64,000 nt of DNA, taken from NCBI GenBank assembly GCA_030145325.1, contig JAQYVW010000004.1:24060-88059 (forward strand), read 5' to 3'. A model generated the notes under the pieces. The model ran no database searches, was not told the origin of the DNA, and saw only the letters and a list, made by a program, of their open reading frames with translations. Of the stretch, positions 17,156 through 23,906 are shown in pieces. A program made the translations under genes and the position numbers. Positions within the stretch are counted from its first letter, which is position 1. Each line of letters begins with the position of its first letter. Source of the stretch: Desulfurivibrionaceae bacterium. GTDB lineage: Bacteria; Desulfobacterota; Desulfobulbia; Desulfobulbales; UBA5123.

Positions 17156-18203
17156 TCATCTCTTTGGGCAAATTACCTCTTTTGACAACCTGCTGCTGGC
17201 TGCCCGTAAGGCCCAGAAGGGTAAGCGTTTCAAGGCGGGATGCGCTCGTTTCAATTTCAACCTGGAGGGACAATTACTCAAGCTCCAGCGGGAGTTGCTG
17301 GCGGGCAGTTATCGTCATGGCCGCTATCGCGATTTTTTTATCAACGATCCCAAGCGGCGGTTGATCAGTGCCGCGTCCTATCGGAATCGGGTGGTGCACC
17401 ATGCTCTTTGTAATGTTATCGAACCCCTCTTTGACCGCTCCTTTATTCATGACTCCTATGCTTGTCGAACCGGCAAGGGCACCCACGCGGCCGTGGATCG
17501 TTACACCCATTATGCCCGTAAGTACCGTTACGTGCTCAAGTGTGACATCCGTAAATACTTTCCCTCTGTGGATCAACAGATCCTGTTGGCAATGATCGTT
17601 AAAAAGATCCGTTGCCAACCAACCATGGCGCTGATTACCGAGATCGTCTCCTCCCGCCGCGACCATGGCTGCGGGTTCCATTTCTCGGGCGATAATCTTT
17701 TCACCCCCCTTGAGCGGCAGCGGGGGCTTCCCATTGGCAACTTGACCAGCCAGTTCTTCGCCAACCTTTATCTGGACGGCTTTGATCATTGGGTTAAGGA
17801 AGAGCTGCGTTTGCCTTATCTCCGTTATGTGGATGACTGGGTTGTCTTTGCCAATGATAAGGTGTTGCTGGGCGAGACCCTGGTTCAGATGAAGGAATAT
17901 CTGGCCGGGTTGCGCTTGCGTCTGCATGCCAATAAATGCCGCGTCTACCGGGTGGATGAGGGCGTCCGTTTCCTGGGTTACCGTATTTTTCCAGATCATC
18001 GTCTACTGGACAAGGGCAATGTGTTACGGGCCAGGCGACGATTCAAGAAGTTGTGTTGTCGGTACCGAGATCGCGAGATATCGTTTGCCGCTGTGCATCA
18101 AAGCATTCAGAGCTGGGTGGGCCATGCTTCCCATGCCGATACCTATCGGTTGCGGGGCAGGCTGCTCGGTGAGGTGCGCTTGCAAAGGGGGCCGGGTCTA
18201 TAA
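17142..18203 (+). CDS. DGR-type reverse transcriptase
   Basis: ORF 17094..18203, start set at ATG 17142 (MKSYNHLF). RT motifs include LPIGNLTSQFFANLYL (the [I/L]GxxxSQ signature of DGR RTs) and the catalytic YVDD (LRYVDDWVVF). No maturase or endonuclease extension. Confidence 0.9.
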   Translation: MKSYNHLFGQITSFDNLLLAARKAQKGKRFKAGCARFNFNLEGQLLKLQRELLAGSYRHGRYRDFFINDPKRRLISAASYRNRVVHHALCNVIEPLFDRSFIHDSYACRTGKGTHAAVDRYTHYARKYRYVLKCDIRKYFPSVDQQILLAMIVKKIRCQPTMALITEIVSSRRDHGCGFHFSGDNLFTPLERQRGLPIGNLTSQFFANLYLDGFDHWVKEELRLPYLRYVDDWVVFANDKVLLGETLVQMKEYLAGLRLRLHANKCRVYRVDEGVRFLGYRIFPDHRLLDKGNVLRARRRFKKLCCRYRDREISFAAVHQSIQSWVGHASHADTYRLRGRLLGEVRLQRGPGL

Positions 18204-18209
18204 ACGGGT

Positions 18210-18322
18210 GCGGCGGCTCGTGGAACAATGATCGTGGTTTTGCCCGCTGCGCCGCCCGCAACAGGAACCACCCGAACAACCGGAACCACAAACTGGGTTT
18301 TCGTTGCGCCAGGACTATAAAA
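18210..18322 (+). ncRNA. DGR template repeat (TR)
   Basis: Starts 6 nt after the RT stop. 113 nt with 28 adenines, many in AAC codons. Would encode GGSWNNDRGFARCAARNRNHPNNRNHKLGFRCARTIK. Collinear with VR1 and VR2. Confidence 0.9.
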
Positions 18323-18435
18323 GCGTTTTTTCGTCGGAGCCTTAACTTTCATGGAGGTTAGGGGAGTGCGATTCTTGAAGTCCAGGCCCTGCTCCTGTGT
18401 CGGCTGCAATTGGTCGACCGAAACAATAACCACCT

Positions 18436-18486
18436 CCTGTCGGGCTGGTAGTCCCGTGGGCGAACGTCCGGCAGGGGGATTTTTTA
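18436..18486 (+). terminator. candidate rho-independent terminator of the avd-RT-TR transcript
   Basis: CCTGTCGG (18436-18443) pairs with CCGGCAGG (18468-18475, one G-U pair), followed by GGGGATTTTTT. Confidence 0.45.
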
Positions 18487-18528
18487 CTCTTTTAAAAACA
18501 TCCGTTCCGACCATAACGAGGAGCAAGA

Positions 18529-20583
18529 ATGGTACACCGTCTTAATTTTGTTTCCGATATCCATTGTAGCGAGGATCAGCTCGGTTTTGCCAGATACGTC
18601 AACACCCTGGCCGCCATGATCGGGGAGGAGGGGTTTACCACCCCGTTTTGTATCGGCATCTATGGCGATTGGGGCAGCGGCAAGACCAGTTTCATGCATC
18701 AGTTGCAGAAGCGGGTGAAGGAGGATGGCGGCGAAACCCATATGGTGCCGGTCTGGTTCAACCCCTGGCGGTATGAGAAGGAAGAGCATCTCATCATCCC
18801 CTTTTTGAAGACCATCGAGAAGAGTCTGGCGGCAGCGCCTAAAGGATTGGCTCCCGAGGTGGCGGCAAAACTCAAGGATGCAGCCGCGGCAGTGGGCCGG
18901 GTGGCCGCCGCCTTTGCCTATGGCTTGAATGTGGAATGGAAGCTGGGTGGTCTGAAGGCGGTCTTTGATGCCTCCAAGGCCGTGGGTCGTGAGGAAGAGC
19001 TTGCCGAGCGGCGGCGCAAGGAGGCTACGGCTCTTGCTGAGACCTTGTCGTCGCTCTACTACGACGCCATCAATGAACTTCAGCTTGATGAGCATGAAGA
19101 GGCGTTTCGCATCGTGGTCTTCATCGACGATCTTGATCGTTGCCTGCCGGAAAAGGCGGTGGAGTTGCTGGAGGCGATCAAGCTTTTCCTAGACCTCAAA
19201 GGCTACCTCTTTATCATCGGGGTGGCCAAAGAGGTGGTGGAGAAAGGGATTCGGCATCGCTATCGGTTTCTTGACGACGGTAAGGGCGGGCAAGAGGTGG
19301 TCAAGCCCGAGGCCTATCTGGACAAGATGATCCAGATGCCCTTGCAGTTGCCGCGTGTGGAAGCGGGCCGCAAGCGGGATTACCTCAATACGCTCTTTAA
19401 AGGTGCGGAGTTCGAGCCGGAGGTGCGGGAGGTAATTTTTAAACTGGTCGAAACCGCCATCGGTGACAACCCCAGGGCATTAAAGCGGTATGTCAACCTC
19501 TTGGCCTTCACGGCCCGGCTTGCCCAGGCGGTGAAGGATGAGCTTCTGCAAAAGGAAGAGGAGTCGCCGGAGCATAAAGAGTTGCTGGAGGCGCATTTTG
19601 TGCCGGTGCAGTACGCCAAATGGACCACCATTGTTTTTAAGTTTTCCCGCGATTATCAGGATATCAGGGGCAACTGGCAGCGATTGCTGCGTTTGCAGGA
19701 AGCTGCCTTGGACAAGGGGGAGGAGCAGGCAGGGGGTGTCGGCAGTGAGGGTGAGAAGAAGAATCTCACCATTTCATCGACGTTACGGAAGATTCTCGCC
19801 GTGAAGCCGCATTTTCCTGAGGATAAATGGTTGATCGATTGTTTCATTAATCTCAATGAATCAACCTTGGCCAGTGGCGAGGCCAAGGAGACTTCCGGTG
19901 CCAGCCGACATTATCGGCCTGGGGATATGGTTCGCATCCCGGCGGGTGAGTTTCTCTATGGTGAGGCCAAGGAGCCGACAACCATTGACCACGATTATCT
20001 GATTGATGTCTTTCCGGTGACCAACAGTATCTATAAGGAGTTCCTGGATGCCAATTTGGGACATGATGTTCCCTTTGTGGATCAGTCGTGGGCGCAGCCG
20101 TATAATTGGGACAAGGAAAAACGGCTTTTTCCGGTTGGTAAGGATGATCATCCGGTGGTGCTGGTGTCGTATGAGGATGCGCTGGCGTTCTGCCGGTGGC
20201 GGAGCGAAAAAGAGGGTGGGGAATTTCGGTTGCCCAGCGAGGAGGAGTGGGAAAAGGCGGCCCGGGGCACTGATGGTCGCCAATACCCTTGGGGCGAGGA
20301 GTTTGCTCAGGAGCGTTGTAATACCGAGGAAGCCGGAATTGGCGAAACCACCCCGGTGGATCGGTACCCGGAAGGGCGGGGGGTGTTTGACTGCATGGAT
20401 ATGGTCGGCAACGTTTGGGAGTGGACTGGTAGTTGGTTTGATGATGATAAGGATTTGAAGGTGCTGCGCGGCGGCTCGTGGAACTTTGATCGTGGTTTTG
20501 CCCGCTGCGCCGCCCGCCTCAGGTACCCTCCGAACAACCGGGACCACATTCTGGGTTTTCGTTGCGCCAGGACCATAAAATAG
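18529..20583 (+). CDS. DGR target 2: KAP-family P-loop NTPase with C-terminal FGE-sulfatase / C-type-lectin-fold domain carrying VR2
   Basis: 684 aa. GAGGAG Shine-Dalgarno. KAP hallmarks IGIYGDWGSGKTSF (Walker A) and VVFIDDLDRCLPEKAVELLEAIKLFL (Walker B). FGE motifs (HPVVLVSYEDALAFCRW, FRLPSEEEWEKAARG, GNVWEWTGSWF, RGGSWNFDRGFARCAARLR...GFRCAR). Confidence 0.9.
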   Translation: MVHRLNFVSDIHCSEDQLGFARYVNTLAAMIGEEGFTTPFCIGIYGDWGSGKTSFMHQLQKRVKEDGGETHMVPVWFNPWRYEKEEHLIIPFLKTIEKSLAAAPKGLAPEVAAKLKDAAAAVGRVAAAFAYGLNVEWKLGGLKAVFDASKAVGREEELAERRRKEATALAETLSSLYYDAINELQLDEHEEAFRIVVFIDDLDRCLPEKAVELLEAIKLFLDLKGYLFIIGVAKEVVEKGIRHRYRFLDDGKGGQEVVKPEAYLDKMIQMPLQLPRVEAGRKRDYLNTLFKGAEFEPEVREVIFKLVETAIGDNPRALKRYVNLLAFTARLAQAVKDELLQKEEESPEHKELLEAHFVPVQYAKWTTIVFKFSRDYQDIRGNWQRLLRLQEAALDKGEEQAGGVGSEGEKKNLTISSTLRKILAVKPHFPEDKWLIDCFINLNESTLASGEAKETSGASRHYRPGDMVRIPAGEFLYGEAKEPTTIDHDYLIDVFPVTNSIYKEFLDANLGHDVPFVDQSWAQPYNWDKEKRLFPVGKDDHPVVLVSYEDALAFCRWRSEKEGGEFRLPSEEEWEKAARGTDGRQYPWGEEFAQERCNTEEAGIGETTPVDRYPEGRGVFDCMDMVGNVWEWTGSWFDDDKDLKVLRGGSWNFDRGFARCAARLRYPPNNRDHILGFRCARTIK
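20468..20580 (+). other. VR2 (variable repeat) at the 3' end of target 2
   Basis: 113 nt collinear with TR. 9 mismatches at TR adenines (AAT>TTT, AAC>CTC, AAC>TAC, CAC>CCT, AAC>GAC, AAA>ATT). 2 non-adenine differences (C>T at 20529, T>C at 20574). Confidence 0.85.
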
Positions 20584-20610
20584 CCCTTTGCTCTTTTACC
20601 CTTTTACTCT
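20581..20610 (+). promoter_or_regulatory. second copy of the conserved post-VR element
   Basis: TAGCCCTTTGCTCTTTTACCCTTTTACTCT, 28/30 identical to 16734-16763. Absent after TR. Confidence 0.6.
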
Positions 20611-20656
20611 CTGCTCTGGTCGGAGCTGGGCGGTTTTCGGTTGGTGGGAACGGTTT

Positions 20657-20904
20657 TGACCACCCTCACCCCGGCCCTCTCCCTGAGGGCGAGGGAGTGG
20701 CTTCGAGCGGTTTATGGGGGGAGGGCTTTTAGTTCGGTGGAGTTTGGGGGCGCGGGAAAGGCGAGTGCTGGAGCCGATGCCCGCAAGGCCTGGCCCGGTA
20801 ATTTGTTGTCATCCCATCCAGATGCCACCTGGGATGCAGAAACGGTACAACCTATCTCGGCAACGTCCCCTCGCCCCAAGCGGGGAGAGGGCCAGGGTGA
20901 GGGG
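20657..20904. repeat. ~240-bp GC-rich repeat, copy A (upstream of DUF559)
   Basis: Starts TGACCACCCTCACCCCGGCCCTCTCCCTGAGGGCGAGGGAGTGGCTTCGAGC and ends GGGGAGAGGGCCAGGGTGAGGGG. Collinear with 21253-21489 apart from scattered mismatches and indels. Confidence 0.8.
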
Positions 20905-20907
20905 AGA

Positions 20908-21255
20908 ATGAATAAGAACACCACCATTGCCAGAAAACTCCGTCGCCAACAAACCGATGCCGAACAAATACTCTGGCAACGGCTCCGTAGCCGCCAACTT
21001 GCCGGCTGCAAGTTTCGCCGCCAGCATCCGGTGGGGCCATATGTGGTTGATTTCGTCTGTCTCAAACAAGGACTGGTGGTGGAACTTGACGGCAGTCAGC
21101 ATGCCTTGCCTGAGGAAGTGGTTAAGGATGCGAAACGAACCGCCTATCTCGAAGCGGAGGGCTTTCGGGTGCTGCGCTTCTGGAATAACGAGGTGTTTGG
21201 CGAGATCGAGGCGTTGTTGACGCGGATTTTGGCGGCGCTGGTGGAGGGACGATGA
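20908..21255 (+). CDS. DUF559 endonuclease-like protein (Vsr-like fold)
   Basis: ORF 20641..21255 trimmed to the ATG at 20908 (MNKNTTIARKLRRQQTDAEQILWQRLR...FRRQHPVGPYVVDFVC...VELDGSQH...RVLRFWNNEV), the typical DUF559 pattern. The upstream part of the ORF is a translated repeat. Confidence 0.8.
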   Translation: MNKNTTIARKLRRQQTDAEQILWQRLRSRQLAGCKFRRQHPVGPYVVDFVCLKQGLVVELDGSQHALPEEVVKDAKRTAYLEAEGFRVLRFWNNEVFGEIEALLTRILAALVEGR

Positions 21256-21489
21256 CCACCCTCACCCCGGCCCTCTCCCTGAGGGCGAGGGAGTGGCTTC
21301 GAGCAGTTATGGGGGGAGGGCTTTTAGTTTGGGGGAGTTGGAAAGGCAAGTGCTGGAGCAGGTGCCTAGGCGGCCAGCTCGGTAATGTGTCATCATTCCA
21401 GCCAACTGCCACCTGGGATGCAGAAACGGTATAACCTATCTCGGCAACGTCCCCTCGCCCCAGTGGGGAGAGGGCCAGGGTGAGGGGGG
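21253..21489. repeat. ~240-bp GC-rich repeat, copy B (downstream of DUF559)
   Basis: Same 5' and 3' ends as copy A. Begins within the DUF559 stop codon. Confidence 0.8.
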
Positions 21490-21492
21490 AAT

Positions 21493-21531
21493 AAAAAAAG
21501 GCCGCAGCGGTAATCCGCCAAGGCCTTTTTC
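21493..21531. terminator. hairpin with flanking A and T runs (terminator downstream of tRNA-Val; bidirectional)
   Basis: AAAAAAAGGCC...GGCCTTTTT (21493-21530). Confidence 0.5.
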
Positions 21532-21544
21532 TTATATCAAGATA

Positions 21545-21620
21545 TGGTGGGCGATACGGGATTCGAACCTGTGACTTCCACCGTGTGAAGGTGGCACTCT
21601 AACCACTGAGTTAATCGCCC
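21545..21620 (-). tRNA. tRNA-Val (anticodon CAC)
   Basis: The reverse complement GGGCGATTAACTCAGTGGTTAGAGTGCCACCTTCACACGGTGGAAGTCACAGGTTCGAATCCCGTATCGCCCACCA folds as a cloverleaf. 7-bp acceptor stem, anticodon loop TTCACAC, GTTCGAATC T-loop, encoded CCA. Confidence 0.9.
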
Positions 21621-21677
21621 CTGTTGCAGTGGGGATATTTACCGCATCGGCTGGGGAATATCAACCCTTTTGGCGGG

Positions 21678-23489
21678 CTATGGTTCTGGCGGGGAGGTGG
21701 ATTTGTATAAATCTAGTTGCTTGCGGTAGTAATCTTCATTGTCCGGGGCCATGGCCAGAGCCTGTTCTTCGCGGGCAACAGCTTGCTGCCGGTTGCCGGT
21801 GAGCCAGTAAGCGCGGGCCAGGGTGTCGAGGATGTGGCTGGCCGGGGTTAAGGCTGCGGCCTTTTTGGCTATCCGCAAGGCTTGTTTAGGGTTGCGGAGG
21901 GCTGTCTCCTCGGCGGTGAGGAGAAGCCAGGCGAAATTATTCAGGGTTTCGGCGTCAGCGGGGTTTAAGCGCAAGGCTTCTTCATAGGCGTTGATTGCTT
22001 GCGGGTACTGTTTGCGTTCATGTTGCAGGTCGCCCAAGAGGTGGTGCCAGAGCGGGTCGTTGGGGGTTTGACTGATCTTTTGCTCAATCACCGCCTGGGC
22101 GAATTTTGCTCGTGGGGCGCCGTCCAGCAGGTTGGAGGGCGTCTGCCAGATGAGTAAACCGGCGGTTGCTGCCGCCAGCAGGTAGCAGGCAAGGCTCAAG
22201 GCCACCTTGCGGTCATGGCGTTTAACCAGGCTGCGGTCTCTTTCACAGCGGAGCAGGAAGTCAACCCGCTCACCGATGCCGAAATGGTGCCAGCTGGGCA
22301 GGTCACGGATATTGCCGGAGAGGTAGGCGATTTTTTCCAGGACAAAGATCATGGGGCGGCTGTCGGCCATGGTCGAGAAGGCGTGGAGGTCGGCCTGGCG
22401 CTCAAAGTTGCGCATGAAGTAGCCGAAGAGGTAGCGAAAATAGACCAGCATCAAGATCAGCATCGGCGCCATGGAGGCAAAGGTCAGAGCGTCGCTGGGT
22501 GATTGGCCGCTGATGCTGATGAGTTTATAAAAAATATTTGAACTGAGCAGCAGGTAAAGGCTGGGGTAGGTAATCAGTTGGGCAAAGATGAGAAAACCGG
22601 CAAAGAAGAGGATGTACAGTTGCAGGTGATGCCTTTTGACATGGCCGATCTCATGGGCCAGCACCGCATCGATTTCATCTTCAGTCATGGCTTTAAGCAG
22701 ACCGGGGGTGATGAGCAGATAACGAAAGCGACGGGTGAGGCCCATGACCCCGGCGGTGAGCATCCTCCCTTCGAATAGCGGCCAGCTCAAGATATCGGCA
22801 TAGGCAAGGTTCTGGCTTTGGCAGAAGGCTTCGATTCTTTCGCGTTCTTTTCCTGGCGGCAGCGGCGTGCAGCCCCAGAGGCGGATAATGATGGCTGGGA
22901 AGATCAGGGCCATGAGGAGGAAGAGCAGCAGGAACAGGGTCGGTTCACCCCATGGCGAGGCGAGGAAATTTTTTACTGCCGGTAAGGGCGAGATGGTGAG
23001 CAGGTCGGAAAGCAGAGAGAGGATCAGCCACGGCAGGATGATGGGCAGGTTGGCCTTGAGGTTTGAGGAGATGAAAGACCAGGCGCCATAGCTGCGGCCA
23101 AAGACCAGGCCATAGCTTTTTCTGGCCTCAGTCCAGATGATGGCCAGGTAACCGAAAAAGAGCATAATCCCGCCAAGCTGGGGCAGGGTTGGCAGGCTGT
23201 TAAGCCATGGTAGGTTGGTGAAATAATACTGGCAATCGAGCAGATAGACGTCAATGCCCAAAGCCGCGATGGCCAGGATTGACAGCCGTTGTTCCATGGC
23301 GAAATAGCGTGGCGATTGCTGGATGCGGCCACCCCTATGGATGCGACGAGCAACCAGGGAAAAAACCACGCCTTTGAGCAGGAAGAGGAGCAGGGCGGTG
23401 TGGGCGGCAAGGGCAGGTGTTGCCGGGATGGTTTTGGTGGTCAGGATGAAGATGACGACCAATAGATAGATGAGGTTATTGTAAAACAA
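21678..23489 (-). CDS. M48-family zinc metallopeptidase, polytopic membrane protein with C-terminal TPR repeats
   Basis: 603 aa, TTG start. HEIGHVKRHH (HExxH). Many TM segments N-terminally. TPR-like repeats (AINAYEEALRLNPADAETLNNFAWLL...). Confidence 0.8.
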   Translation of the reverse strand: MFYNNLIYLLVVIFILTTKTIPATPALAAHTALLLFLLKGVVFSLVARRIHRGGRIQQSPRYFAMEQRLSILAIAALGIDVYLLDCQYYFTNLPWLNSLPTLPQLGGIMLFFGYLAIIWTEARKSYGLVFGRSYGAWSFISSNLKANLPIILPWLILSLLSDLLTISPLPAVKNFLASPWGEPTLFLLLFLLMALIFPAIIIRLWGCTPLPPGKERERIEAFCQSQNLAYADILSWPLFEGRMLTAGVMGLTRRFRYLLITPGLLKAMTEDEIDAVLAHEIGHVKRHHLQLYILFFAGFLIFAQLITYPSLYLLLSSNIFYKLISISGQSPSDALTFASMAPMLILMLVYFRYLFGYFMRNFERQADLHAFSTMADSRPMIFVLEKIAYLSGNIRDLPSWHHFGIGERVDFLLRCERDRSLVKRHDRKVALSLACYLLAAATAGLLIWQTPSNLLDGAPRAKFAQAVIEQKISQTPNDPLWHHLLGDLQHERKQYPQAINAYEEALRLNPADAETLNNFAWLLLTAEETALRNPKQALRIAKKAAALTPASHILDTLARAYWLTGNRQQAVAREEQALAMAPDNEDYYRKQLDLYKSTSPPEP

Positions 23490-23746
23490 AATGTCTATGG
23501 CTAGGTAGCGTTGGTGACGGAATAATTAGAGGGAGTCTTGAAAAAGTGCCTTGCGATTCTCGGCAAGCGATCCATCTCGCCCGATTTCGGTGTTACGTTC
23601 AATATTTTATCCTCGGAGGTAAGCGAAACAAAATTGAGACTCCGGTAGCAAGTATATGCACCCCAAGGGCACTTCCGGTGATGAAATCTTTCGCCTGCCT
23701 CGTAGTCTCGTGGCCTCGCTTCCCCGATCTGGAACAAAATCTTAAC

Positions 23747-23891
23747 TAGTGTCTGTCCATAAGTGAGGATTTTTGTCGTAGATTAAGGACTGCGAAAAAA
23801 ATAAGCACAGGCATATACATGATATTCCGAGCATTATTTTTTGAGCATGACACAGAGATACGGCAAAAAGACCATTTATGGACAGGCACTA
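23747..23891. repeat. 16-bp inverted repeat pair (15/16 match) enclosing ~113 bp
   Basis: TAGTGTCTGTCCATAA (23747-23762) versus TTATGGACAGGCACTA (23876-23891). Lies in the intergenic region between the J-domain gene stop and the M48 gene start. Confidence 0.6.
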
Positions 23892-23906
23892 ACTATTCAA
23901 AACACC

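Larger units (their letters stand above)
13800..20610 (+). mobile_element. diversity-generating retroelement (DGR) cassette: target1(VR1)-avd-RT-TR-target2(VR2)
   Basis: Avd, a DGR-type RT, a TR and two VRs with an adenine-specific mismatch pattern are all present and co-oriented (see individual features). Confidence 0.9.

Noticed and set aside
17274-17999. 241-aa antisense ORF inside the RT gene. Similar long antisense ORFs occur at 15774..16511, 19861..20547, 36748..37899, 26948..27841, 43729..44502, 32568..33278 and 454..1182.
   Set aside because: They are shadow ORFs opposite well-supported genes in GC-rich coding DNA. They have no motifs, biased Arg/Pro/Gly composition, and no independent start signals.
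17142-18203. Possibility that the RT belongs to a group II intron, retron or Abi system.
   Set aside because: There is no maturase/X or endonuclease domain, no intron domain V/VI-like RNA, and no msr/msd-like inverted repeats. An adjacent Avd, a TR and two A-mutated VRs fit a DGR instead.
20641-20907. N-terminal 89 residues of ORF 20641..21255 (MVGTVLTTLTPALSLRAREW...).
   Set aside because: This part is repeat copy A read through in frame. The DUF559 domain begins at the ATG at 20908, and the same repeat downstream (copy B) is non-coding.
13598-21489. The three GC-rich repeat copies as a possible CRISPR array.
   Set aside because: There are only three copies, 150-250 bp long, irregularly spaced (7 kb, then 0.35 kb), with internal inverted termini and no cas genes. 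No CRISPR-like short regular repeats were seen anywhere in the window.
23501-23749. ORFs 23501..23737 (-) and 23546..23749 (+) in the M48 upstream region; also considered as a possible known ncRNA (SRP, 6S, RNase P, tmRNA).
   Set aside because: The ORFs overlap each other and have no motifs. None of the conserved ncRNA signature sequences I know (e.g. GAGGAAAGTCC for RNase P) occur here.
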